From: Acidobacteriota bacterium
Lineage (GTDB): Bacteria; Acidobacteriota; UBA6911; JACQSX01
Assembly: GCA_036507075.1 (NCBI GenBank)
Contig: DASXQR010000073.1
Span: 13,073 to 77,072, forward strand
Direction of reading: 5' to 3'
Length of the DNA stretch: 64,000 bases
In this document: positions 52,676 through 61,288 of the stretch, piece after piece
How positions within the stretch are numbered: the first letter of the stretch is position 1
Layout: the number at the start of each line of letters is the position of its first letter
The notes under the pieces: generated by a model
Seen by the model: the letters and a program-made list of their open reading frames with translations, nothing else
What the model was told of the DNA's origin: nothing
Databases searched by the model: none
Made by a program: the position numbers and the translations under genes

Positions 52676-53584
52676 ATGATACCATCCGGCGGCATGAGGT
52701 GGTTCTGGCTTTGTCTGGCGTTCGCTGCGACCCTGACGACCGCCTTTGCCCAGCAGCGCCCCCTGATTACCGAAATCCCCGACCCCGTTGCCGAAGGCAA
52801 AGTTCGCCTGGAGGCGGGAATTGAGTTTTTGCAGAACCAGCCTTTTTCACTTACCGGCCTGCGGGGCGATTCCTCGCGGTTCGGCGTAATCGGGTCGCGT
52901 TTTGGACTCGGGTCGCGAGTGGAATTCCAGATTCAGGGCGTGGCGCAGGACTTTTTGAGCATTAAGGCCAGAAGCAGCGCCCCGCTGTCCGATCGGCTTC
53001 ATTTTAGCGGAGACTCCACTCACGCCGTTGGCGATCTTCTTTTCGCCACCAAGATAAGATTGCGTTCAGAGTCGGGAAACTGGCCGGCCTTTTCCTTTCG
53101 TATCGGGGCTCTGCTGCCCAACGAAACCAACGAGAGCGGGATGGGACTGGACACAACACGCACCTTTGGCGCGCTTCTCCTGGGAAAGCATATCGGCAAG
53201 AATTATGTCTTTTCCAACGTGGGCATCATGATCGTCGATGATCCAACGGTTCTGGCAAACCAGCGCGATCGGCTCATTTACGGGTTGGCGCTCATCCGTC
53301 CGTTGAACAAACACGTACAGGTTATGGGAGAAATCTATGGGGCGACCGGCAACTCCGGTCCGGGAACCGACCAGAGCGCGCAGTTGCGCCTGGGAGCACA
53401 GTGGCGGGCAATGGGTCTGGTGTGGGATCTGGCGGGTCTTGCCGGGCTGCAGAAGGGAGATCCCGACAGCGGCGTGATATTCGGCGTCAGCCGCGATCTT
53501 GAGGTTTTTAAGACGTCCAGTAGACCAAAGAGCAGCTTCCGTTTTGAGCCAATGATTTTCTCCTCCAGCAAGGAACCTCAATAG
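52676..53584 (+). CDS. Putative outer-membrane beta-barrel protein
   Basis: Signal peptide, QRPLITE, alternating amphipathic strands, GDLLFATK; start may be ATG 52694. Confidence 0.65.
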   Translation: MIPSGGMRWFWLCLAFAATLTTAFAQQRPLITEIPDPVAEGKVRLEAGIEFLQNQPFSLTGLRGDSSRFGVIGSRFGLGSRVEFQIQGVAQDFLSIKARSSAPLSDRLHFSGDSTHAVGDLLFATKIRLRSESGNWPAFSFRIGALLPNETNESGMGLDTTRTFGALLLGKHIGKNYVFSNVGIMIVDDPTVLANQRDRLIYGLALIRPLNKHVQVMGEIYGATGNSGPGTDQSAQLRLGAQWRAMGLVWDLAGLAGLQKGDPDSGVIFGVSRDLEVFKTSSRPKSSFRFEPMIFSSSKEPQ

Positions 53585-53603
53585 TTCGTTCACCACATCG
53601 GTC

Positions 53604-53918
53604 TTAAATCAGAATCACCTTGAACTTCACGTTCCTCACAAAACGCGCAAACTTATCGAAGGCGTGGATCTGCAGGTGATCCTGACTGAAACTATCTGAG
53701 GTTTCCACTTCGATAATCACGCCGCTATTGTCTTTTATCAGCAGCAAGTCGGGGCGAAAGCCGTTGATCACCTGGGGGATTTCCCATCCCCTGGCGTCGG
53801 CAAATACCCGGTAACCGAGAGAAACATAACGGCGGGCGAGTTCCACCACCTTTTCGTCGTGTCTGACCTGGTTGACAAAAGTTCGCTTCAAAGAGGCATT
53901 CACCTCCGCGACTCGCAA
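53604..53918 (-). CDS. Small PD-(D/E)XK-like nuclease-fold protein
   Basis: RPDLLLIK...IIEVETSDS resembles the restriction-endonuclease fold core; start uncertain. Confidence 0.6.
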   Translation of the reverse strand: MRVAEVNASLKRTFVNQVRHDEKVVELARRYVSLGYRVFADARGWEIPQVINGFRPDLLLIKDNSGVIIEVETSDSFSQDHLQIHAFDKFARFVRNVKFKVILI

Positions 53919-53922
53919 TTCA

Positions 53923-53956
53923 TCAGGAGCATCCGCTCGTCAGGAGCATCCGCTCG
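53923..53956. repeat. Perfect 17-bp tandem duplication of the nrdJ 3-prime end
   Basis: TCAGGAGCATCCGCTCG twice. Confidence 0.9.
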
Positions 53957-56651
53957 TCGTTCCGCAAACGGTACAGATATAACAATTCCCGTTTCGTTGC
54001 ATGATGTTGCCGCAACTCAAGCAAGCGGGCGCCTCCCCCTGATCGATTCCCAGCAGCGATCTGCCCTCTCTGCCGGGCTGGAACGCCGGCGATGCGGTCA
54101 TTCCCACCTTTTCCACAGGTGTCGACTTATCGGCCTGGTGAATACCGAGGCTTGCCTGAGCTTCGCGCGGCAGATACTTAGTGGCCAGATAACGCACCAC
54201 GTAGTCGGGAATGGACGTGGCAAACGGAATCTGTGAATTGTTCGTCAGGCCTGCCGGTTCAAAACTCATGTGCGCGAACATCCGCACGTAATCTTCCAAA
54301 GGCACGCCGCGCTGCAATCCCATGGAAATGGCGATCGCCCATGCCATTGCCATGCCCTGCAGCGTGCTCCCCTGCTTGGCAAAATTCAGGAAGATCTCGC
54401 CCAGCGTGTTGTCTTCCGGATACATGCCCATGGTAAGGAAGCCCTTAAAGCCGCGGATGCGGAATTCGTGCTCCCAGGCGGGATGGTCGGCAGGCATGTT
54501 GCGATGCACCGGTTTGGCGCTCTCCTGTTTTTTCGTCTCCTTGTTACTGAGCGGCTGGACCAACTTGCAGCCGTCGCGGTAAATGGAGACAGACTTCATC
54601 CCCAGTTCCCAACCGGCAATGTATGCCTGCATGATTTCGTCGACTGAAGCCTCATTGGGCAGGTTGATGGTCTTGGAAATGGCTCCTGAGAGAAAGGGCT
54701 GGACGGCGCCCGCCATCTTGATGTGTCCCATGTAATGGATGGAACGCGTGCCGTTGCGCGGCCGGTCGGCGCAATCAAACACGGGCAAATGCTCCGGCTT
54801 CAGATAAGGGGCGCCCTCAATGGTTTCCTGCCGGTCGACGTATTCCACAATCGCCTGATTTTCGTTGTCGGTATAGCCGAGCTTTCGCAAGGCTGCGGGA
54901 ATTGTATGGTTGACGATTTTTAACGTCCCGCCTCCCACCAGTTTCTTAACTTTGACAAGCGCAAAATCCGGTTCGATTCCGGTTGTGTCGCAGTCCATCA
55001 TAAACGCGATCGTGCCGGTGGGAGCCAGCAGGGTGACCTGCGCATTGCGATATCCGTGCCTTTCCCCCGACTCAATCGCGTTGTCCCACGCATTGATGGC
55101 CGCGCGCAGCAGATCAAAAGGGACGTGCGCGGAATTAATCTTTGAGATGGCGTCGCGATGCTTGTACATCACGCGCAGCATCGACTGGCGGTTGACCTCG
55201 AATCCGGTGAAAGGCCCCAGTTTCTCGGCCACTTCGGAACTCATCTGATAACCTTCCCCCGTCATCAGAGCCGTGATGGCTGCTGCATAAGCGCGACTCT
55301 GATCGCTGTCGTAAGGAAGTCCCCGCGCCATCAGGAGCGCGCCCAGATTGGCATAGCCGAGCCCGAGCGTCCGGAACTCGTGGCTTACCTTTTCGATCTC
55401 CGGCGTGGGATAGCTGGCGTTTCCCACAATGATCTCCTTGGCGAGAATCATGATCCGCACGGAGTGCCGGAACGCTTCGATGTCGAAAGCTCCGTCCTCG
55501 CGCAGGAACTTCATCAGGTTCAAAGAGGAAAGATTGCACGCCGAATTGTCATGGAACACGTATTCCGAACAGGGATTGCAGGCGTTGATGGCGGCCGTCT
55601 CCGGGCAGGTATGCCAGTCGTTGATCGTGCTGTAGAACTGCAGCCCCGGGTCGCCGCAGATCCAGGTCGCTTCGGCGACGTCGCGCATTAATTCACGAGC
55701 CTTGTAAGTGTTCGCCGGCTCGCCGCTGGTTACCTTTCGCGTCGTCCAGTCTTTGTCTTCCAGAACGGCGTGCATGAAGTCGTCTGTGACGCTTACGCTG
55801 TTGTTTGCGTTTTGAAACTGAACGCTGCGGTAGGCTTCGCCGTCGATGGAATCGTCATATCCCAGCTCTATCAACTGATGCGCTTTCTTTTCTTCTTTGG
55901 CTTTGCACCAGATGTACTCCTTGATGTCCGGATGGTCGGCGTTGAGAATCACCATTTTGGCGGCGCGTCGCGTCGCTCCACCCGATTTGATTGCGCCGGC
56001 AAAGGAATCCCACCCGCGCATGAAAGACACCGGTCCGGATGCGATGCCGCCCACTGCCAGCGGCTCGATTGATGACCGGATGCGTGACAGATTGACCCCT
56101 GATCCGGAACCGCCTTTGAAGATCATCGCTTCGGTGCGAGCCAGCCTCATGATCGAATCCATGCTGTCGTTTACCTCATTGATGAAGCAGGCCGAACATT
56201 GAGGTTTTTTCACGATCCCCACGTTGAATTGAACGGGGGAATTGAACGCCGCGTATTGGTGGAGCAGCAGGTATGTCAATTCGGCGTTGAATGCCTCGGC
56301 TGATTCCGTAGAAGCAAAATATCCTCCCTTCTTACCCCACTTGGTAAACGTTTCGGCAATTCGTCCGATCAACTGGCGCACACTGGATTCACGCGAGGCC
56401 GTTCCTATGTGCCCTCTAAAGTATTTGGAAGCCACAATGTCGGTCGCGCGCTGAGACCAGGAGCGGGGAAACTCCACACCTTCCTGACGAAACGTTACCT
56501 TGCCTGTTTTTCCGTCTTTGATCTCGGCGGTGCGGAAATCCCATTCCACCGTGTCAAACGGATTGACGCCGGCCCGGGTAAAAAACCGTTCCACGTCAAG
56601 GCCCGCTGCGTTGACTGCGGGTTGTGCGCTTTCAAGGGTTTCTTTGTTCAT
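53940..56651 (-). CDS. nrdJ: Vitamin B12-dependent class II ribonucleotide reductase with C-terminal TSCPD-like region and Zn ribbon
   Basis: FNSP, PQCSACFI, TRRAAKM, NPCSEY catalytic motif, APTGTI, SKTINLP, C-terminal CxxC..CxxCGTTSGCS. Confidence 0.95.
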   Translation of the reverse strand: MNKETLESAQPAVNAAGLDVERFFTRAGVNPFDTVEWDFRTAEIKDGKTGKVTFRQEGVEFPRSWSQRATDIVASKYFRGHIGTASRESSVRQLIGRIAETFTKWGKKGGYFASTESAEAFNAELTYLLLHQYAAFNSPVQFNVGIVKKPQCSACFINEVNDSMDSIMRLARTEAMIFKGGSGSGVNLSRIRSSIEPLAVGGIASGPVSFMRGWDSFAGAIKSGGATRRAAKMVILNADHPDIKEYIWCKAKEEKKAHQLIELGYDDSIDGEAYRSVQFQNANNSVSVTDDFMHAVLEDKDWTTRKVTSGEPANTYKARELMRDVAEATWICGDPGLQFYSTINDWHTCPETAAINACNPCSEYVFHDNSACNLSSLNLMKFLREDGAFDIEAFRHSVRIMILAKEIIVGNASYPTPEIEKVSHEFRTLGLGYANLGALLMARGLPYDSDQSRAYAAAITALMTGEGYQMSSEVAEKLGPFTGFEVNRQSMLRVMYKHRDAISKINSAHVPFDLLRAAINAWDNAIESGERHGYRNAQVTLLAPTGTIAFMMDCDTTGIEPDFALVKVKKLVGGGTLKIVNHTIPAALRKLGYTDNENQAIVEYVDRQETIEGAPYLKPEHLPVFDCADRPRNGTRSIHYMGHIKMAGAVQPFLSGAISKTINLPNEASVDEIMQAYIAGWELGMKSVSIYRDGCKLVQPLSNKETKKQESAKPVHRNMPADHPAWEHEFRIRGFKGFLTMGMYPEDNTLGEIFLNFAKQGSTLQGMAMAWAIAISMGLQRGVPLEDYVRMFAHMSFEPAGLTNNSQIPFATSIPDYVVRYLATKYLPREAQASLGIHQADKSTPVEKVGMTASPAFQPGREGRSLLGIDQGEAPACLSCGNIMQRNGNCYICTVCGTTSGCS

Positions 56652-56874
56652 AGGACCCCCCTTCTGATTGTATTGAACGGGTAAATCGAAACCACGGAAT
56701 GTAGATCAGAGGAAATGAGTCGAAAGACCTGCTTGTCCATCCTATCGACCGAAAGACTCTAAAATTGAGCTAGTTCAGGGGTTTCAGGAAGCTAAAGAAC
56801 CAGCGCAACCGCCGTGGGTTTCCTCAGGAGATATCCCGCAGGAGATCGCTATCGGGTTTCTTTCAGCGATCCGG

Positions 56875-56903
56875 ATTCTAGAACCGCTCCCGATGGGAGT
56901 CAA
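56875..56903 (-). promoter_or_regulatory. Putative sigma70 promoter of nrdJ
   Basis: Minus strand TTGACT-N17-TAGAAT. Confidence 0.65.
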
Positions 56904-56910
56904 GTAAAAG

Positions 56911-56957
56911 ATACAAGATATAGTAGCTTTTTTCAAGCAGACCCCGAAATACTGTGG
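56911..56957. promoter_or_regulatory. Tandem NrdR boxes
   Basis: ATACAAGATATAGTAG (56911) and CCCCGAAATACTGTGG (56942) fit acaCwAtATaTwGtg and start 31 bp apart, upstream of an RNR gene. Confidence 0.8.
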
Positions 56958-57011
56958 TTTTGCACAACCCATTCTCATGAAACTCTAAGGATTTCCACAG
57001 GTTTTCCACAG

Positions 57012-57391
57012 CGTTCGCGTTGCGGGTTTACGGGTTCCGGGTTTGTGGGTTCCGGGTTTGCGAGTTGCCGGTTTCCGGGTTTGCGAGTTGCCGGTTTCCG
57101 GGTTTGCGAGTTGCGGGTTCCGGGTTGGCGAGTTGCGGGTTCCGGGTTGGCGAGTTGCGGGTTCCGGGTTTGTGAGTTGCGGGTTCCGGGTTTGCGAGTT
57201 CAGAATTAAGAATGAAGAAGCGGGAGAGTGCAAATTCGTCAACTCGTAACCCGTAACCTCGATAACTCGGAACTCGGAACTCGGAACTCGTAACCTGAAA
57301 CCCGATAACTCGGAACCCGGAACCCGATAACTCGGAACCCGGAACCCGATAACTCGATAACTCGATAACCCGAAACTTCGATAACTCGATA
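57012..57391. repeat. Large inverted 7/8-mer arrays (CGGGTT[CT]/CGAGTTG)n-spacer-(AAC[TC]CG[GA])n
   Basis: Left arm about 57012-57200, 40-nt spacer, right arm 57241-57391. Confidence 0.95.
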
Positions 57392-57405
57392 AGCCTTAGC
57401 GAAGA

Positions 57406-58098
57406 ATGTCAATAGCCGAAAATCTCGCCTTAGTCCGTTCGAGAATTGACCAGAGAGCCCGCAGTGTTGGTCGATCTGCCGGAGAAATCACGCTGGTTGC
57501 CGTAGCCAAAACTTTTCCGCTTGCTGCTGTCGAAGAAGCGGCACGCTCGGGACAGGTTCATTTCGGAGAGAATCGCGTGCAGGAAGCGGAAGACAAGATC
57601 GGTGAGTGTTCGCGGACCGACCTGATATGGCATCTGGTTGGTCATTTGCAGAGCAACAAAGCGAAAAGGGCGGCGCAGCTTTTCCACTGGATCCACTCGG
57701 TCGACAGCGTCGATCTGATGCACAAGCTTGAAAACCACGCAGCCGCGTCAGGAAGAGAAATAAGTACTCTTCTGCAACTTGACCTGGCGGGTGAGACAAG
57801 CAAGTCTGGAATGCCGGAATCCGAACTGGATGACGCGCTGGCCGCGGCGGCAGGATTGACCAGCGTGTCTGTGGAAGGACTGATGATTCTGCCGCCGTTC
57901 TTTGAGGACCCCGGCCGGGTCCGGCCTTACTTCAAACGGCTTAGAGAGCTGCTGGAATACGCGCGCAGGAAAGCGCCAGGCCTGCCCCTGAAGCATCTGT
58001 CCATGGGAATGACGCACGATTTCGAAATTGCCATTGAAGAAGGCGCCACAATGGTGCGTATCGGAACAGCGATTTTTGGGACGCGGGGTATCTACTAG
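57406..58098 (+). CDS. yggS: PLP homeostasis protein (YggS/PROSC)
   Basis: LVAVAKT, FGENRVQE, WHLVGHLQSNK, LSMGMTHD, EGATMVRIGTAIFG. Confidence 0.95.
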   Translation: MSIAENLALVRSRIDQRARSVGRSAGEITLVAVAKTFPLAAVEEAARSGQVHFGENRVQEAEDKIGECSRTDLIWHLVGHLQSNKAKRAAQLFHWIHSVDSVDLMHKLENHAAASGREISTLLQLDLAGETSKSGMPESELDDALAAAAGLTSVSVEGLMILPPFFEDPGRVRPYFKRLRELLEYARRKAPGLPLKHLSMGMTHDFEIAIEEGATMVRIGTAIFGTRGIY

Positions 58099-58295
58099 CC
58101 CGAATTGTTCATAAGTCTTAACCGCCAAGACCGCTAAGAGCGCCAAGAAAAGCGCCAAGGACGGGGGCTGAAACTTGAAGCATGAAAGCCAGCAATCCTT
58201 TGTTCCGTCTACGTAGTATCGTCATGCTTCAAGTTTCAGCCACCGTCCTTGGCGCTTCCTTGGCGTTCTTGGCGATCTTGGCGGTTAGGATTTTT
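58096..58295. mobile_element. MITE-like element, long copy with degenerate or missing right terminus
   Basis: TAGCCCGAATTGTTCA.., CGCCAAGA units, GGACGGGGGCTGAAACTTGAAG inner IR; starts on the yggS stop. Confidence 0.65.
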
Positions 58296-58367
58296 GGCAG
58301 ATCTTCGACTTTGGACGTTCAGACTTTCGACCTTTCTGAAGAGCGCTGCTTACTATACGATCTGGGC

Positions 58368-59009
58368 ATGGCGCGTGGAAAGTTCATCACGTTTGAAGGC
58401 ATAGAGGGATCCGGTAAAACCACGCACCTGCAGCATCTCTGTTTGTATCTGGACGAGCTGGGCCTGCGCTACGTGCTCACCCGCGAGCCCGGAGGAACGG
58501 CTTTCGGAGCGGAAATCCGCAGCATACTTTTGAATCCTGCCGGTGCTCCGCGTCATCCCTACGGCGAATTGCTGCTTTATCTGGCCGATCGAGTGCAGGA
58601 TCTGCAGGAAATAATCCGTCCTGCCCTGGAAGGAGGCGTGCACGTGCTGTGCGATCGCTACCACGACGCCACCCGCGCCTATCAGGGAGCGGCCCGCGGC
58701 ATACCCGCTTCGCTGATCGATCAACTCTCGCTCCAGCTTGAAATACTGACCCCCGATCTCACGATTGTGTTCGAACTGGAGGTCTCTGCGGCTTTGGAAC
58801 GGGCCCGCAGGCGCAACGTGAACGACGGCCAGGAACACCAGGGACGGTTTGAAGGAGAAGCTGTCGATTTCCACGAGCGGGTTCGGCAGGCCTACCGAAA
58901 TATGGCGTCCAGGGAGCCGCAACGGTTCTGGTTTATCGACACCGGCGGTGATTTCAAGCAGGCGCAGGCGCGGGTGCGGCAAATCGTGAGCTCGTTCTTG
59001 AATGCATGA
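58368..59009 (+). CDS. tmk: Thymidylate kinase
   Basis: FITFEGIEGSGKTT, TREPGGT, CDRY..T.AYQG; start set at ATG 58368. Confidence 0.95.
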   Translation: MARGKFITFEGIEGSGKTTHLQHLCLYLDELGLRYVLTREPGGTAFGAEIRSILLNPAGAPRHPYGELLLYLADRVQDLQEIIRPALEGGVHVLCDRYHDATRAYQGAARGIPASLIDQLSLQLEILTPDLTIVFELEVSAALERARRRNVNDGQEHQGRFEGEAVDFHERVRQAYRNMASREPQRFWFIDTGGDFKQAQARVRQIVSSFLNA

Positions 59010-59989
59010 AACTCTCAAGCTTCAGTGAATTCATTGGAAACCGGCATCTGCTGGATCAGTTCCTGCGCTGCGCCCGCGCCAACAGGCTGCCGCAGGTACT
59101 GCTGTTTGCCGGACCCGACGGGGTCGGTAAGAGAGGATTCGCCATTCTGGCGGCAAAATATCTGAACTGCGCCCAACCATCGCAAAATGACTCCTGCGGC
59201 CGCTGCGCCGCTTGCGTGAAAATTGAGAAAGGAGAGTACCCGGAACTTCGGATACTGGAGCCGGCAGGCACGCAAATCAAAATAGACCAGATAAGGGAAC
59301 TGAGCTCAGACATCCAATACCGGCCATTTGAAGGACGACGGAAGGTCTACATCATAGATCCCGCAGACAAGATGAACGAGGAGGCAAGTAACGCCTTTCT
59401 AAAGACACTGGAAGAATGCCCCGATCACGCCTTGATTGTACTGGTCACAAGCCAGTCAAACTCGCTGCTTGCAACGATTCGTTCACGTTGCCAAGTCTAC
59501 AGATTCTCGCACGTCCCGGCAGAAGAAATCGAGCAACTGCTGAACAAGACCGGCGTAGTTCCGGCGCAAGCAGCCGTTCTTGCCAGACTTTCAGGCGGAA
59601 GCGTGGGACAAGCCCTGGCCCGGCAGTGGGAAGAGACCGAAATAGTACGCAACGACGCCCTTGAGGTGCTGGAAGCTCTTTGCCGGCCTGATAATTTCCA
59701 CCAGGTGCGTTCCATCTGGAGCAGGATTAAAACTGACGAGATGCGTCAGTCTCTGGAACGACTGTTTGAGGTCATGCTTATCGTGCTCCGCGACCTGCTG
59801 CTCGTCAAGGAAGGCTTCGTGTCGCAGGCGGTCAATGTCGACGTGATTGCGAGAATCGAAAAGGCGGCGGCCAGCTTCTCATTTGAGCAGATCTCCGGTC
59901 TGGAAACTCAAATCCGGAGCGCGCTGCACGAAATGCACCGCAATGTGAACCCGCAGATTCTATTCGAGGCGCTCTATTTTGAGAGTTGA
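59006..59989 (+). CDS. holB: DNA polymerase III delta-prime subunit
   Basis: GPDGVGK, CGRCAAC, IKIDQIR, NAFLKTLEE, TIRSRC; follows tmk. Confidence 0.93.
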   Translation: MKLSSFSEFIGNRHLLDQFLRCARANRLPQVLLFAGPDGVGKRGFAILAAKYLNCAQPSQNDSCGRCAACVKIEKGEYPELRILEPAGTQIKIDQIRELSSDIQYRPFEGRRKVYIIDPADKMNEEASNAFLKTLEECPDHALIVLVTSQSNSLLATIRSRCQVYRFSHVPAEEIEQLLNKTGVVPAQAAVLARLSGGSVGQALARQWEETEIVRNDALEVLEALCRPDNFHQVRSIWSRIKTDEMRQSLERLFEVMLIVLRDLLLVKEGFVSQAVNVDVIARIEKAAASFSFEQISGLETQIRSALHEMHRNVNPQILFEALYFES

Positions 59990-60108
59990 GCACGAATTAC
60001 ACGAATTACACGAATTTTCACGAAGTTTTTTTTTGTAACTTCCGGAAATTCGTGCTCACAATTTAAAATTCGTGAAATTCGTGAAATTCGTGTAATTCGT
60101 GATCAACC
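59985..60108. repeat. Inverted CACGAATT 9-mer element(s) overlapping the holB stop and the TPR gene 3-prime end
   Basis: GTTGAGCACGAATT...AATTCGTGCTCA...AATTCGTGATCAAC. Confidence 0.9.
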
Positions 60109-60578
60109 TTCACATCGGCCCCAAGAGCGCGCTGATAATCTTCTGCTTTCTTTTCCTTGGGAAATTTTTCGATGTATTCACGCATGTACTTCCGCGCAGA
60201 TTCGCGATCGCTCTTTTCAACCTTTTGAATCAGTTTCTCATAAGCCAGGATGAGCTTCGTTCGGGCGGGTGCGTAGTCCGGGCGGTCCAGCAGCGCCTCC
60301 TGGTAACGGGAGAGAGCCGCCTTGTAATTCTCGCGTTTGAAGTAAAAGTCTCCGATTTTTACTTCTTCCTCCGCCTTGGCCGGATCCCTGACCACTTCCT
60401 TAGGCTTGTCGACCTCTTCGCGGACCAGGACCGGCTTTTTCGTCGGAGGCGGTTCCTGATCTGAAGGCTTTGGCGACCTCTTCTGGACAGCCATCGGCCC
60501 GGCCAAAAGTGTCGGAAGCAGCACCAGTAGACTCAAAAAAACAGCCGGCATAGACTTTTTGAATTTCCAACCTATCAT
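60063..60578 (-). CDS. TPR-containing exported protein (BamD-like repeat)
   Basis: Hydrophobic leader, IGDFYFKRENYKAALSRYQEAL TPR; C-terminal HELHEFHEFHEF comes from a repeat element. Confidence 0.75.
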   Translation of the reverse strand: MIGWKFKKSMPAVFLSLLVLLPTLLAGPMAVQKRSPKPSDQEPPPTKKPVLVREEVDKPKEVVRDPAKAEEEVKIGDFYFKRENYKAALSRYQEALLDRPDYAPARTKLILAYEKLIQKVEKSDRESARKYMREYIEKFPKEKKAEDYQRALGADVKVDHELHEFHEFHEF

Positions 60579-60755
60579 ATGTTTAGAGGTTTAATTTTAG
60601 CAGATTTTTTCCTTGTAAAAATCACGTTCGAGCGTTAAGGTGATGGGCAAATTTCAAATACGTTCCCCATTTGAATTTCATCTGGCGGCATTTCCAGTTT
60701 GGAATTTCAACAGCGAACTTTCAGAAAGAGACGCAATTTTATGGAGGCTGATCGA

Positions 60756-61073
60756 ATGGTAAATCGGAAGCTTATTCGGCCGTCGCTCTCCGATTTGAAA
60801 GAGCAGGTGCCGAGTAAGTTCGCGAACGCGCAGCGCAAGCGAGTTCCGCCCGAGCAAACGCACGCAGAGAACTACTACTACCTGAAGCAGATGTCGAGCA
60901 AGAATCCGGTGGTGGTCAAGCTGCTGGATGGCGAAGAAATCCACGGCGTGATTGAATGGTACGACAAGAACTGCATCAAGGTGAATCGAGTCTCCGAGCC
61001 GAACCTCTTGATTCCGAAACATAACATCAAATACATCTACAAGGAAAACGAGGTCAAAGAGGAGACAGATTAG
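60756..61073 (+). CDS. hfq: Hfq/Sm-like RNA chaperone (divergent)
   Basis: PVVVKLLDGEEIHGVIEWYD (Sm1-like), LLIPKHNI (Sm2-like); GGAGG before ATG 60756. Confidence 0.72.
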   Translation: MVNRKLIRPSLSDLKEQVPSKFANAQRKRVPPEQTHAENYYYLKQMSSKNPVVVKLLDGEEIHGVIEWYDKNCIKVNRVSEPNLLIPKHNIKYIYKENEVKEETD

Positions 61074-61288
61074 CCCTGATTATTCAAAAGACCTAACCGC
61101 CAAGAGCGCTAAGAGCGCTAAGAATAGCGCAAAGGACGGGGCTGAAACTTGAAGTATGAAGGCATCGCGCCAAGTCCGACGCCATTTTGATAGTCTTCAT
61201 ACTTTAAGTTTCAGCCCCCGTCCTTTGCGCTCTCTTGGCGTTCTTGGCGTTCTTCGCGGTTAAGTTTTTTTTGAATAATCCAGGGCTA
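61071..61288. mobile_element. MITE-like element, complete long copy
   Basis: About 90-bp imperfect IR arms ending TAG.../...CTA with a 33-nt loop. Confidence 0.75.

Noticed and set aside
53940..56651. Intein or intron in nrdJ
   Set aside because: Continuous RNR motifs, normal length and no intein splice motifs.
56652..56875. Cobalamin riboswitch ahead of nrdJ
   Set aside because: No B12-box or conserved GGGAA/GCCACTG core recognised by eye; an Infernal/Rfam scan would be needed.
56958..57010. oriC suggested by DnaA boxes
   Set aside because: Only three sites, no AT-rich unwinding element and no dnaA/dnaN nearby; promoter regulation is more plausible.
3641..57391. Possible CRISPR arrays
   Set aside because: Units are 6-9 nt and contiguous, with no regular repeat-spacer periodicity and no cas genes.
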